The notes beneath the pieces are model-generated. The model was not told the origin of the DNA and made no database searches. It saw only the letters and a list, made by a program, of their open reading frames with translations. From positions 32,001 through 96,000 of the forward strand of contig JBQLZK010000017.1 of the NCBI GenBank assembly GCA_052168235.1: a stretch of 64,000 bases of DNA, written 5' to 3'. Positions 1-9,989 of this stretch are shown here, in pieces. The stretch's first letter is position 1; the number at the start of each line of letters is the position of its first letter. The translations under genes were made by a program, and so were the position numbers. The DNA is from Thainema sp. (GTDB taxonomy: Bacteria > Cyanobacteriota > Cyanobacteriia > Phormidesmidales > Phormidesmidaceae).

Positions 1-1
1 T

Positions 2-934
2 GGCACGGTATGGCATCGTGTGGATGCCGCTACGTTTGGTCAGCAAGAGGTGAGTCAGGAGAATATTATTGCGATCGCATCTCCGGTTAACAACGGTGAA
101 ACCCATCAGCTTTTAGTGGTAGAGCAAGTCAGTGACAGTCAAGCCTGCTGGCAGGAAAATCAAGACATCGCGGGCACAATTGAACCGCTGCTGCTCAATT
201 TTGACTTTACTGGCATCTGTAGCCGCGCTACTGACAGCAATGGCTACTCGATTCGAGTGGGAGGCGAAGACTTAGGGCTGCAATATGTGCTGCGCGTGGT
301 GCAGTCTGATAATGTTATGCGGCTGGTGGGGATTCCCATTAGCGATCGCAGTGCGCCCAAGCTGGAAATTGGCCGAACCAAGGGTGTAACTAGCGATTTT
401 GTCAAAATTCAGCTCAATCCGGGCTGGCGCTTTACAAAGCGAACATATGACGGGCAAACGCTGGGCCATTACTACTTCACCAACGATCAGAGCTTAGCCG
501 CTCTAGCTGCCGCTTCTGAAAATACAGGAACAGGTTCTGGTTCGAGTATTCCCAGCACCGGAACGGGGGCTGTGACCTCACCGTCACCCTTGCCAACAAC
601 ATTACCCAGCTCTGATGTGACACCTGAGACACCGACAACTGAACCAACTGAACCAGCAGCAAGCCCAACTACTGACACTGCAACTGATGGTTCTGATGCA
701 ACCTCTTCAGATACGAATGTGAGAATCATTGATATCGTTCGGCCATCGGCAGGTTCAACTCCGGCTACTGAAACCGAGGCAACTACCGACTCGAATGTCG
801 AGCCAACTGTTGATACGAATACAGGGACATCAGCAACTCCGACTCCGTCAGCACCCAGTAGCGGCTCCATTATGGTGCCAACCTTACCCACACCACCGAG
901 TTCACCGCTACTAGATTCCACGCTTGGTAATTAA
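2..934 (+). CDS. DUF3747-domain exported protein with Thr/Pro/Ser-rich tail (5' end outside window)
   Basis: Motifs PLLLNFDFTGICSRATDSNGYSIR and LNPGWRFTKRTYDGQTLGHYYF are typical of cyanobacterial DUF3747; the frame is open to the window edge. Confidence 0.8.
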   Translation, partial: GTVWHRVDAATFGQQEVSQENIIAIASPVNNGETHQLLVVEQVSDSQACWQENQDIAGTIEPLLLNFDFTGICSRATDSNGYSIRVGGEDLGLQYVLRVVQSDNVMRLVGIPISDRSAPKLEIGRTKGVTSDFVKIQLNPGWRFTKRTYDGQTLGHYYFTNDQSLAALAAASENTGTGSGSSIPSTGTGAVTSPSPLPTTLPSSDVTPETPTTEPTEPAASPTTDTATDGSDATSSDTNVRIIDIVRPSAGSTPATETEATTDSNVEPTVDTNTGTSATPTPSAPSSGSIMVPTLPTPPSSPLLDSTLGN

Positions 935-960
935 TCTAACTAACTGCGCAAATTGAAACT

Positions 961-999
961 CAAAGAGGGCTTATGCCGTATCGGCATAAGCCCTCTTTG
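961..999. terminator. Probable bidirectional terminator hairpin
   Basis: Perfect 18-bp inverted repeat caaagagggcttatgccg/cggcataagccctctttg between convergent genes. Confidence 0.75.
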
Positions 1000-1050
1000 C
1001 TCTTGCTACAAAATCTATTGCTGCAAAACCTATTGAGTCTGCAGAGCAGC

Positions 1051-1356
1051 CTACCATTTCAGCGTGTTGAACTGTTCCATATCAACTGTGTCCCGGTTGC
1101 GATAAATCGCCAGGACGATCGCCAGTCCAACTGCCGCTTCCGCAGCTGCAATCGTAATCACGAAGATGGCAAATACCTGACCGCGAATGAGCTGTGCGTC
1201 CAGATAGTTGGAAAACGCCATCAAGTTGAGGTTAACCGCGTTCAACATCAGTTCAATCGACATCAAAACGCGAATGGCATTTCGGCTCGTAACCAAGCCA
1301 AATACACCAATACAAAACAAAGCCGCTGCCAAAATCAAAAAGTACTGAAGCTGCAT
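1051..1356 (-). CDS. ndhE: NAD(P)H-quinone oxidoreductase subunit 4L (NuoK)
   Basis: [21 protein letters not shown] and [11 protein letters not shown] motifs; ndhAIGE gene order. Confidence 0.97.
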   Translation of the reverse strand: MQLQYFLILAAALFCIGVFGLVTSRNAIRVLMSIELMLNAVNLNLMAFSNYLDAQLIRGQVFAIFVITIAAAEAAVGLAIVLAIYRNRDTVDMEQFNTLKW

Positions 1357-1406
1357 GACTATCTTTCTCGCTGATCAAAACACCAAATTAAGCTAAAGCC
1401 TTTTAT

Positions 1407-1484
1407 GTAGGTTGGGTTGAACAACGCGAAACCCAACAGTGAGTTAAGCAGTCGTTAGATTTCGCAAGCTCGATGGCAATCTAC
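1407..1484. repeat. GTAG-type REP doublet (inverted pair, second copy degenerate)
   Basis: gtaggttgggttgaacaacgcgaaacccaac (1407-1437) and an inverted related copy ending ...caatctac (1454-1484), between ndhG and ndhE. Confidence 0.55.
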
Positions 1485-1545
1485 AAGAGGCTCAATCTAC
1501 TTAAGGAGTTAAACACTAACCCCCCTGTCCTAAACTGACCTCAAG

Positions 1546-2166
1546 TTAGCTTTCCTCTGACGGAGCAGAACCCCCGATTGAAATCAAATCTCGTGGCCGT
1601 TCTGGAAGCTGGAGCGAGATTTCTTCTGGAATACCCGTTTCCGCTTCATCCGGCAAGAACTCGCGGCGGGCCAGAATAATCGCTCCGATTAGAGCCATCA
1701 GCAGCAGAACAGATGCTAATTCAAACGGCAGAAGGAAATCACTGAATAAATGCTGACCAATCAAGAGGGTTGCCGCATCTCCGATTGCAGGCTCAGTGGA
1801 CAATGGCCAAGCCGTAGAGATAATCATCGTGCCCAATAGTGCGAATAGGCCAACACAAATTACACCTGTTGCGGCCCGACTCACCCAAGCGTTCTGCACA
1901 GGAGTAAAGGGCTGCCGCTTATTCACAAGCATGATGCCGAAGAGGATGAGAATATTGACAGCGCCAACGTAAATCAGGATTTGGGCAGCGGCGACGAAGC
2001 CAGCATTGAGCAAGATATAGAATCCCGATATGCCCACAAAGACCATACCCAGCAGAAAAGCTGAGTAGACAATGTTAGCTAAAAGAACCACTCCTAAAGC
2101 GGCTCCGATCATCATCACTCCTAATAGTCCAAACGAAACAATTTGGACGCCCTCGGCTAAATTCAC
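1546..2166 (-). CDS. ndhG: NAD(P)H-quinone oxidoreductase subunit 6 (NuoJ)
   Basis: AQILIYVGAVNILILFGIMLVN and FLLPFELASVLLL motifs; operon position. Confidence 0.97.
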   Translation of the reverse strand: MNLAEGVQIVSFGLLGVMMIGAALGVVLLANIVYSAFLLGMVFVGISGFYILLNAGFVAAAQILIYVGAVNILILFGIMLVNKRQPFTPVQNAWVSRAATGVICVGLFALLGTMIISTAWPLSTEPAIGDAATLLIGQHLFSDFLLPFELASVLLLMALIGAIILARREFLPDEAETGIPEEISLQLPERPRDLISIGGSAPSEES

Positions 2167-2307
2167 GGCAGTGTATGCTCCTTCTACAGCGTCTATAACG
2201 ATTGCAAGATTAAAGCTAATCTCTTAAATTTGCCAGTTTTTCGTATTTAAGCCTATTCCTGACCAATTTTGCACAGGTTTAACCTGTGCTTGCATCTAGC
2301 TGAAACA

Positions 2308-2928
2308 TTAAGACTTAGCAGACTCTTCGGCTACTTCATCCTCTGCTGCTTCTAGCTCATCTAGAATCTCTTCTGGCCGCTGGCCTGGTCGCTGAGACCC
2401 CGGTGGTAGATCATGAGGATCAATAACGCCTTTGGGCAGATAGGCAAATTCCCGCAGCGGGGTCACCATCGGATCTTCAGTTACCTTGTAAGGCAGACGA
2501 CCCAGCGCCACGTTGTCGTAGTTCAGCTCGTGGCGATCGTAGGACGATAGCTCATATTCTTCCGTCATAGATAGGCAGTTGGTGGGGCAGTATTCCACAC
2601 AGTTGCCGCAGAAAATGCAGACGCCAAAGTCGATACTGTAATGCTTCAGATTTTTCTTCTTCGACTCTTTGTTGAATTCCCAATCGACCACAGGCAGGTT
2701 GATCGGACAAACGCGCACGCACACTTCGCAGGCGATGCACTTATCAAACTCAAAGTGGATCCGCCCACGATAGCGTTCTGAGGGAATCAGCTTTTCGTAG
2801 GGATATTGAACGGTGACCGGGCGGCGGCGCATGTGGTCAAAGGTTACGGAAAGCCCTTGACCAATGTACTTGGCAGCTTGGCCTGCACCTTTCGTATAGT
2901 CTGCAACTTGTTTGAGAAACTTCAGCAT
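2308..2928 (-). CDS. ndhI: NAD(P)H-quinone oxidoreductase subunit I (two 4Fe-4S)
   Basis: [12 protein letters not shown] and [12 protein letters not shown] ferredoxin motifs; TVQYPYEK. Confidence 0.98.
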   Translation of the reverse strand: MLKFLKQVADYTKGAGQAAKYIGQGLSVTFDHMRRRPVTVQYPYEKLIPSERYRGRIHFEFDKCIACEVCVRVCPINLPVVDWEFNKESKKKNLKHYSIDFGVCIFCGNCVEYCPTNCLSMTEEYELSSYDRHELNYDNVALGRLPYKVTEDPMVTPLREFAYLPKGVIDPHDLPPGSQRPGQRPEEILDELEAAEDEVAEESAKS

Positions 2929-2986
2929 AGTGTCTCCGAGCGACTTCAGTATCGGAAGAAATCGAAAGAATTGGACTCAGCTCTCA

Positions 2987-4105
2987 CTAACCGCCAAAGG
3001 CGAAGGGGAAAACTAGCTTAAGTCCGGCAGTGATCAGTAGGTTGACCAGCGAAATAGGCAACAGAAATTTCCAGCCAAAGTCTAGAAGCTGGTCGATTCT
3101 GACGCGGGGCACTGTCCAACGCATCAGGATAGAAATGAAGACGAGGAAATAAGCTTTGAGTAGCGTTGAGAGAATGCCGAGAGAGGCGAAGGAAATCTGA
3201 AGAATCGGATTGGTCTCGCTGACACCGAGCCAACCTGCGATCGCATCAATTGGAATCGGAAAGTCCCAGCCACCGAGGTACAAAATCACAAACAGCAGGG
3301 CCGACAGAATTAAGTTGACGTAGGAGCCGACGTAGAACAAACCGAACTTCATGCCTGTGTACTCGGTTTGATAGCCTGCCACCAGCTCTTCTTCTGCTTC
3401 TGGCAAGTCAAATGGCAGACGCTCACATTCGGCCAGCGCGGCGATCCAGAAAATCAAAAAGCCGACTGGCTGTCGCCAAATGTTCCAGCCCAGAATGCCG
3501 TAGCCGGACTGCTGCTCAACAATATCAATCGTGCTGAGGCTGTTCGACATCATGACGACGGCCAAAACAGCCAAAGCAAGTGGAATCTCATAGCTAATCG
3601 ACTGCGCGGTTGCCCTGAGTCCACCCAGAAGGGAGTATTTGTTGTTGGACGAATAGCCAGACATCAGCAATCCAATGGGAGCGATGCTCGAAAGCGCAAT
3701 CCAGAGGAAAATGCCCACACCGATGTTGGTGATGATGAGATGTTGGCCGAACGGCACAATCAGGAACGACAGCAGAACCGGAATCACAACGATAATCGGC
3801 CCTAACGTGAAGAGAATAGAGTCAGCCTTGGCTGGTGTAATGTCTTCCTTGAACACCAGCTTGAGACCATCAGCCGCCGCTTGCAAAACTCCTAAGGGGC
3901 CTGCATATTCAGGGCCGATTCGCTGCTGTGCCGCAGCAGAAATCTTTCGCTCTAGCCAAACTGCAACAAATACTCCAACGACCGCTGCAACCAACATAAC
4001 CGTCATCGGTAGCGGAATCCAAGCTGCCTTGGCCGCACCCGGAGGGACGCCCAGTTCGGTCAGCGAACGGATAAACGTTCCTTGCAGATCAATTCCTGAG
4101 TTCAT
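2987..4105 (-). CDS. ndhA: NAD(P)H-quinone oxidoreductase subunit 1 (NuoH)
   Basis: [14 protein letters not shown] and [21 protein letters not shown] motifs. Confidence 0.98.
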   Translation of the reverse strand: MNSGIDLQGTFIRSLTELGVPPGAAKAAWIPLPMTVMLVAAVVGVFVAVWLERKISAAAQQRIGPEYAGPLGVLQAAADGLKLVFKEDITPAKADSILFTLGPIIVVIPVLLSFLIVPFGQHLIITNIGVGIFLWIALSSIAPIGLLMSGYSSNNKYSLLGGLRATAQSISYEIPLALAVLAVVMMSNSLSTIDIVEQQSGYGILGWNIWRQPVGFLIFWIAALAECERLPFDLPEAEEELVAGYQTEYTGMKFGLFYVGSYVNLILSALLFVILYLGGWDFPIPIDAIAGWLGVSETNPILQISFASLGILSTLLKAYFLVFISILMRWTVPRVRIDQLLDFGWKFLLPISLVNLLITAGLKLVFPFAFGG

Positions 4106-4276
4106 ATCACCCGCATCTCAGCCTACGAAACCAATGTGTATGAGCCATTGCCATCATATATAAAGATTTTTGACTTGGCTCCACTTGCTTAGTATATCGC
4201 TGTGCAGCAGTTCGCCAAATCTAACTTGCTGAATGTATCCCAAGTTTCTATTTATCAATTGCATAAGTCAGCAAAA

Positions 4277-4313
4277 CAGAGGGCGAGATCGGCTCAGCCA
4301 ATCTCGCCCTCTG
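4277..4313 (-). terminator. Probable terminator hairpin downstream of the 4360-4671 gene
   Basis: Inverted repeat cagagggcgagat/atctcgccctctg with a T-run on the minus strand. Confidence 0.65.
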
Positions 4314-4359
4314 CTGTTCAAAATCATGGAACCAATAGCGACTGAATCAGTGACGCAAG

Positions 4360-4671
4360 TTAGTCTGAGCTAGGGTCTGGGCGATGCTTACGCAGCTGTT
4401 CTGCTTCAGGGCAATCGTCCGAAACCAGCGGCTCTACATTGCCGCGTGGAACGGTTGATAGCTTTTGGGTCACTGCACCAATGCTTTCCAACCGAACCAT
4501 TTCTTCCCAAGAGCAAACTTCATCGTCTTCTTCGGTTTCGTAGCGCAGTGTCACCAAATCGCCTTCGATATCGAGGATTTGCGCCCGTTCAATCCAGCGT
4601 TGTTGATCCCGTAGAAAAATCCATACCTCACGTCCATCACAGCAGAGCTGATAGATCTTGCGGTGTAACAT
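4360..4671 (-). CDS. Conserved cyanobacterial hypothetical protein (DUF6679-like)
   Basis: N-terminus MLHRKIYQLCCDGREVWIFLRDQQRWIE recalled as a conserved cyanobacterial small protein; upstream ggagaagga RBS. Confidence 0.75.
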   Translation of the reverse strand: MLHRKIYQLCCDGREVWIFLRDQQRWIERAQILDIEGDLVTLRYETEEDDEVCSWEEMVRLESIGAVTQKLSTVPRGNVEPLVSDDCPEAEQLRKHRPDPSSD

Positions 4672-5376
4672 TGATTCCTTCTCCGATCCGGTACAGTTTT
4701 TTACAGTGTCGAAAATCTAATCTTGTTTTTTCTGAGAACGGCTTCATCCGCACAGTTCAGAATCTATTGTCACCATCATCATGTAGCCGAATTGGGAGTA
4801 GCTGAACTTGAATGGGAGCATTGTGTTGGCGGCAGCACATGCAGTTGTCATGATTTAAACCTTGGGAGATAAAGTTCTACGCTTCGGTTGTCAAATTGGC
4901 CCACAGCTTGCACTCTGCTTAACCCAAAACTAAATCAAAACCCGAAGCGAGCGCTTTGCCACTGTCAAACACGAACATGTCGAACAAGGACAATCTACTC
5001 TCTTTGGGTTCAGTACAAGGTGTGAGATTTACGGACATTAAACCCCGACTTTTGGCACTTGTGAAGGGGATAAGGGATATTACCATTTTAACGATTGATT
5101 GACCCGTACTGCTGCTGTGAAGTCTGTATTTCGTTCAAACTTTATGAAGCTATGCTGCGAAAGATTGATTAGCTCTCAGCCGATGGCGTGTCAATCAAGC
5201 ACTTGACACGTCCCTATTGGGATTAAGTACAAGCTGTATAGCTGTAGCCAGCCAGCTCGATTCGGACACGGAGGTTTTGGTGACGCGACGTCGCTGCGCC
5301 ACCAAAACGTCCCAACCAATAGGACTATGGCTATAAGATCCAAGATGTGAGTGGACGTTTATCCAAGAGATTCGAC

Positions 5377-6123
5377 ATGTTGTTACATCTCAGTACGTGG
5401 CCAGAGGTTGAACAGTATTTGAAACAGTCCCCAGGGATTATTTTCCCGATTGGTTCGACCGAGCAGCATGGCCCAACGGGTCTGATTGGAACCGATGCGA
5501 TTTGTGCAGAGGCCGTAGCGAAAGGGGTCGGCGAATCCGTTCATGCGCTGGTGGGGCCGACCATTAACGTGGGTATGGCGCTACACCATACGGCATTCCC
5601 CGGCAGCATTAGCCTACGTCCCAGTACGCTGATTTTGGTTATTCGCGACTACATTACGCCGCTGGCTCGGGCTGGATTTACGCGATTTTTCTTCATTAAC
5701 GGTCACGGTGGCAATATCGCCACGCTGAAGGCTGCCTTTTCGGAAACCTATCAGATTCTGGCTGATTTACAGGTGCCAAATTGCGATCGCATTCAGTGTC
5801 GAGTGGCCAACTGGTTTATGTGTGGCTCAGTTTATCGGCTGGCTAAGGAACTTTACGGCGATCAGGAGGGTTCCCATGCCACACCGAGCGAGGTGGCGCT
5901 GACGCAGTATGTTTATCCGGAATCGATTAAGCAGGCACCGCTGTCGCCGGAAGTCGCTTCGGGGCATCCAATTTACAGCGCCGTGGATTTTCGTCGCCGT
6001 TATCCCGATGGTCGCATGGGATCGAATCCGGCTTTGGCTACACCGGAGCATGGTAAGCAGTTCTATGAGTTGGCCGTTAAAGAACTGAGCAACGACTATC
6101 TCAAGTTTTTGAATGCAGAGTAG
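5377..6123 (+). CDS. Creatininase-family amidohydrolase
   Basis: PIGSTEQHGP, GTD, NGHGGN and HA-x3-E motifs; ATG 5377 preferred over GTG 5347. Confidence 0.9.
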   Translation: MLLHLSTWPEVEQYLKQSPGIIFPIGSTEQHGPTGLIGTDAICAEAVAKGVGESVHALVGPTINVGMALHHTAFPGSISLRPSTLILVIRDYITPLARAGFTRFFFINGHGGNIATLKAAFSETYQILADLQVPNCDRIQCRVANWFMCGSVYRLAKELYGDQEGSHATPSEVALTQYVYPESIKQAPLSPEVASGHPIYSAVDFRRRYPDGRMGSNPALATPEHGKQFYELAVKELSNDYLKFLNAE

Positions 6124-6147
6124 GGGCAAATGGCCATTTGCCCCTAC
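6120..6147. repeat. GTAG-type REP palindrome overlapping the stop codon
   Basis: gtaggggcaaatggccatttgcccctac is a perfect palindrome. Confidence 0.7.
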
Positions 6148-6166
6148 CTAATATGTAAATTGCGTT

Positions 6167-7435
6167 ATGTCTTCAGCCCTTGCGCCTCACCCCACACTGC
6201 CGACTCCGCCGCCGTTGATGATGTCGGAGCCGGGGACATTTGCCTATTACACGATTACTGAACGCTGGCCGAAAATTGTCCGGCAGATTCAGGCGGAGCA
6301 GAATTTTGATGCGGCAGTTCAAGCCGAACTGACTGCACTGATAGATGAGCTATTGCACGGTACGGTTGAGCTAAACGTGAGCGGGGAGGATGAAGCAGCA
6401 TGGCGATCGCACATGTCACCGTATCAGGGGCAGTCCTGGTTCGATGTGCCTTGGTTCCTAGCTGAAACCTACTTCTATCGACGCATTCTAGACGCGACGG
6501 GTTACTTCAGTGCTGATGAAACTCACGGCATTGATCCCTTTGTCGTTCAAAAACAGCAGGGACTGAATCATGCGATCGCACCGCTCAGCACCCTCAGCCA
6601 TCAGCTTTGCCAGTGGTATGAATCAACGGATTGGAGTCCGGTGCCGTGGCGGCGGGACTGGATGCGGTGGCTGATGCTTGATGTGCTGTGGGGCAATCAG
6701 GCAGACCTCAGCCTGCGCCCCGGTGAAGCTACGAATCAGGCTGCCCAGCAGGCGGAGCAGATTCTAGTCAATGATGTCGAGGCCGTTCTGGATCATCTGG
6801 AAAACTGCGATCGCACCCGTATTGATATCGTCACGGACAATGCCGGAGCAGAATTAGTCTGCGATCTATTCCTAGCTCATGCGCTGGTGGCAACGGGCAA
6901 AGCCGGACAGGTGCATCTGCATCTGAAAAACCATCCCACCTTTGTGTCGGATGCGACGGAGCGAGATGTTTATCAAACCCTGTGGCAGCTAGCAAATATG
7001 CAGACTAGTGGCGTTGATACCGAGGAGATTAATTCGGCAAATTTGGCTACGCTTCAATCGCTGGCGCTGGAAATTTCCGCCTATGTGGATCGGGGACAGA
7101 TTCGTTTACAGACGCACCCCTTTTGGACATCGCCCCTGCCGGCCTGGGAAATACCTGTGGATTTGCAGCAGGAGCTGGTGCGATCGCAGCTTGTCATCTT
7201 TAAAGGTGATGCCAACTATCGACGGCTACTGGGCGATCGCACTTGGGAGTTCACCGAGTCGTTTCAGGCAGTTACCGACTATTTTTCGGCCCCGCTGCTG
7301 GCGCTGCGGACAGTTAAATCCAACATGGCAGTTGGATTAGATGCTGAGACAGTTACAGCGTTGTCGCAGACAAATACAGACTGGATGACAACTGGCGAAT
7401 GGGGGCTCGTGCAGTTCAATAAACAGAAGCAATGA
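6167..7435 (+). CDS. DUF89/ARMT1-family damage-control phosphatase
   Basis: LWGNQADLS, DNAGAEL, PTFVSDAT, FKGDANYRRLLGDR and LRTVKS motifs. Confidence 0.9.
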   Translation: MSSALAPHPTLPTPPPLMMSEPGTFAYYTITERWPKIVRQIQAEQNFDAAVQAELTALIDELLHGTVELNVSGEDEAAWRSHMSPYQGQSWFDVPWFLAETYFYRRILDATGYFSADETHGIDPFVVQKQQGLNHAIAPLSTLSHQLCQWYESTDWSPVPWRRDWMRWLMLDVLWGNQADLSLRPGEATNQAAQQAEQILVNDVEAVLDHLENCDRTRIDIVTDNAGAELVCDLFLAHALVATGKAGQVHLHLKNHPTFVSDATERDVYQTLWQLANMQTSGVDTEEINSANLATLQSLALEISAYVDRGQIRLQTHPFWTSPLPAWEIPVDLQQELVRSQLVIFKGDANYRRLLGDRTWEFTESFQAVTDYFSAPLLALRTVKSNMAVGLDAETVTALSQTNTDWMTTGEWGLVQFNKQKQ

Positions 7436-7474
7436 AGGGGATTTTGCCGCAAAACGGCAAAATCCCCTTCATTG
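7430..7474. terminator. Bidirectional terminator hairpin
   Basis: caatgaaggggattttgccg/cggcaaaatccccttcattg between convergent genes. Confidence 0.75.
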
Positions 7475-7486
7475 TTGAGATGAATG

Positions 7487-7699
7487 TTAGTTTACTTGCC
7501 ACCAGCCCAAGCTGGGGCCGATGAAGCGAATTGTGATCCAATACACAACCAGAAATACGATACCAATCCAGGCTCCTTTGGTTGTCCAGTTTGAGAATTT
7601 TGCAGCCTGACTTTTGCGGATGGGAACCCACGGCAGAATGTTTTCCTCTTTGCCGTAATCATCCCCTAGATGTTCTTTGCGACGTTTTGCCTCACCCAT
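7487..7699 (-). CDS. DUF2839-family small membrane protein
   Basis: MGEAKRRK start, TTKGAWIGI and RFIGPSLGWW motifs. Confidence 0.85.
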   Translation of the reverse strand: MGEAKRRKEHLGDDYGKEENILPWVPIRKSQAAKFSNWTTKGAWIGIVFLVVYWITIRFIGPSLGWWQVN

Positions 7700-7887
7700 A
7701 ATCTCTTAGTTGAATCGCTATAGTGTGTTGAAAATGCAGCTCAGCAACCGGGTTGTGACACCGAATCGAATTCAAATCAGCAGAACATGACCCAGCGCTT
7801 GAGTTTGATAATAGCGTCCTGACCTTATCACTGGGGACTGTATTGCAACATTGTTTTAAGCTTTGCTGCTCAGATGATCGAGGGATT

Positions 7888-7945
7888 GATGCGTTACGGC
7901 TAGCGCCTCACGCATCCTACAAATCTAGCGCCCAACACATCCTAC
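7888..7945 (-). repeat. GTAG-type REP plus partial tandem copy
   Basis: Minus strand gtaggatgcgtgaggcgctagccgtaacgcatc (7888-7920); partial repeat ctagcgcccaacacatcctac to 7945. Confidence 0.6.
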
Positions 7946-7975
7946 AAAATCTGCATTGCGCTGTTGTTTTAAGCT

Positions 7976-9556
7976 TTAGTGCTCTAGCTCTCGTTGGTCG
8001 TCAAAAAGGGTGATGTCAACGTAATTCAGTCGGGCGGCGGGGCTGAGGGAAGACAGCACTTGCTGACCATAGCTGCGGTGGTTGACGCGATTGTCTAGCA
8101 GCGCAACGACGCCTTGAGACCGACGGATGGGTGCGATCGCACGTTGTAGTTCACTCAGCGCATCCGGTAGCAAATAGAGGCGGAACCAGTCCTGCCGCTG
8201 TTTTTTGTAATAGGCGACTCGTCCGGCCACCAGAGGATGCTCCAGAGACGGTAGCGGCAATGTGGCAATAATTAGCAGCGATGGCGTCGGCAGCACGCCC
8301 TGATGCTGTCGCCAGAATTCCCAGCCAGAAACCAGAATGCCGTTATCGTCCAAGCCTGTCCGCTCCACCTTGACCCGTGAGCCAAATTCGGCAGCGAGGC
8401 TCGTCCCCACGCGGGTTTTCAGCGGCATATCGCCAACCAGGACAACGGTGGTGCCCTGCACATCCGCCGTGATGTGTAAAAGGCTGCGAATTTCGCTCAT
8501 CAGGGCCGACTGAAACTGCGGCTGATTAGGCATTGGCATCCGATCGGGAATGTAGAGCTGAATTAGATCGTGCTGGCGCTGGGGTAAAAACTTGAGACAG
8601 GTCATGTCGCCGAGGCCTAGCCGCTGGCGATAGGTCGGGGCATCACTCTCCAAATCCAAGGCTCCACCGATCAGAACAACAGGCTGCTGTTCCCAAATGG
8701 GGGCTAGCTTCGTGGAAACATCGGCAAAGTCGCAGTGCAGCGTGAACTGACCGTGCAGACGCGAAATTTCCGTCCAAGCAAACGCATTGGTGCTGCGGAA
8801 CATCTGCCAAAACCGCTGCCAGGGCGCAGGCATTCGGTCATCGGGCAACGGATCGGGGGTGAGCGCCGCCATGCTCTGGTGCTGGATCTGGCTTGATGCA
8901 GATAACAAACGCCGCAGGTCGTGCAGCGTCTTCTGTTCCGGCTGATCTAGAACGTGGCAGTTGTAGGGATTTTCGGGGTGCTGAAAAATGATCCGCGTGA
9001 GCTGGATGCGGGCGTCTCGAATCGCATCTTGATGCTCCGGATAGGCCAGCATCAGCAAATCCCAGTCCTGTGGTTGGATTTGCACATTTAGCGCGGCCCG
9101 TCCCCAGGTTTCCAGATCGTCCACATTGTCAAACACAGTTGGAATGTTGGGTGGAAACTTGCCCTGGTTGTAAATGCGATCGCACAACCAAGCCTGGGGC
9201 GAAGTTAACAGCACACCAGCAAAGTGATCACCGGGCCAGGAATCACCCACATGAATCGGCTTTGGGGTAGCAATCCACTGGCGCAGCCGGGGAATTTCCA
9301 CCTGAATCAATCGCTGCTGGAGATCTTCGGGCACGACCAGAATCACGGCATCCGGCCAAATCAACAGCGGCATCAAATAGCTCAATCGATAGCGACCGTA
9401 GTAGCCAGCCGGAGGCCCCGCTTGAATCAAAGCGCTGCGGCCCACCCGTAACGCCCGCGCCACCAGCCGCGCCATCGTCAAATGGTGCGGCCATTGAGCC
9501 TCTCCCTGCTCTCGCAAAAAGGCTCGAAGTTGTTGATGTACCTCAGCTTCGATCAC
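7976..9556 (-). CDS. DinG-like helicase C-terminal domain protein (cyanobacterial)
   Basis: IEAEVH..WPHHLTMARLVARALR start; IATLPLPSLEHP and VALLDNRV..RSYG helicase C-terminal motifs; GTG 9556 preferred start. Confidence 0.8.
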   Translation of the reverse strand: MIEAEVHQQLRAFLREQGEAQWPHHLTMARLVARALRVGRSALIQAGPPAGYYGRYRLSYLMPLLIWPDAVILVVPEDLQQRLIQVEIPRLRQWIATPKPIHVGDSWPGDHFAGVLLTSPQAWLCDRIYNQGKFPPNIPTVFDNVDDLETWGRAALNVQIQPQDWDLLMLAYPEHQDAIRDARIQLTRIIFQHPENPYNCHVLDQPEQKTLHDLRRLLSASSQIQHQSMAALTPDPLPDDRMPAPWQRFWQMFRSTNAFAWTEISRLHGQFTLHCDFADVSTKLAPIWEQQPVVLIGGALDLESDAPTYRQRLGLGDMTCLKFLPQRQHDLIQLYIPDRMPMPNQPQFQSALMSEIRSLLHITADVQGTTVVLVGDMPLKTRVGTSLAAEFGSRVKVERTGLDDNGILVSGWEFWRQHQGVLPTPSLLIIATLPLPSLEHPLVAGRVAYYKKQRQDWFRLYLLPDALSELQRAIAPIRRSQGVVALLDNRVNHRSYGQQVLSSLSPAARLNYVDITLFDDQRELEH

Positions 9557-9989
9557 AGGCGTCCGTATCAGCTCAACTTGATCAGTAACTGTACTAAACC
9601 TAAAAAACAAAGACCAGGGGGGTGATCCTCCGGGACGTTCCCCCGGCCTTAATTTAAGTTGGTTTATGCCAGTTTACTTATTGAAATCCGTCAAAGACCT
9701 GCAATCCTTCTGGAAAAGGCGCGATGGCCAGCTTTCCCAAAAGGATTAAGGTTGCTACTCATCTTCAATCTGACATGGTACTCATTGTGACACATCGCTC
9801 TCAGTTGTCCTGTGACCGGAGTGTCAGAAAAGCGATTTATCGCGGTAAACCGTTAGGTTGCTGCAATTCCATTAACTACTGCACGTAGGCTGGAACAGAA
9901 TGAAAACTGGTTAGAAAATCATGTCGTCTGTGGGCAAGCTTGACTAAAATAAGGGGCACTCAATTTTCGTCTTGTCCCCCTGATATCCC

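Noticed and set aside
1003..1035. 15-bp tandem duplication next to the terminator
   Set aside because: Only two imperfect copies in a 3' region; likely neutral slippage
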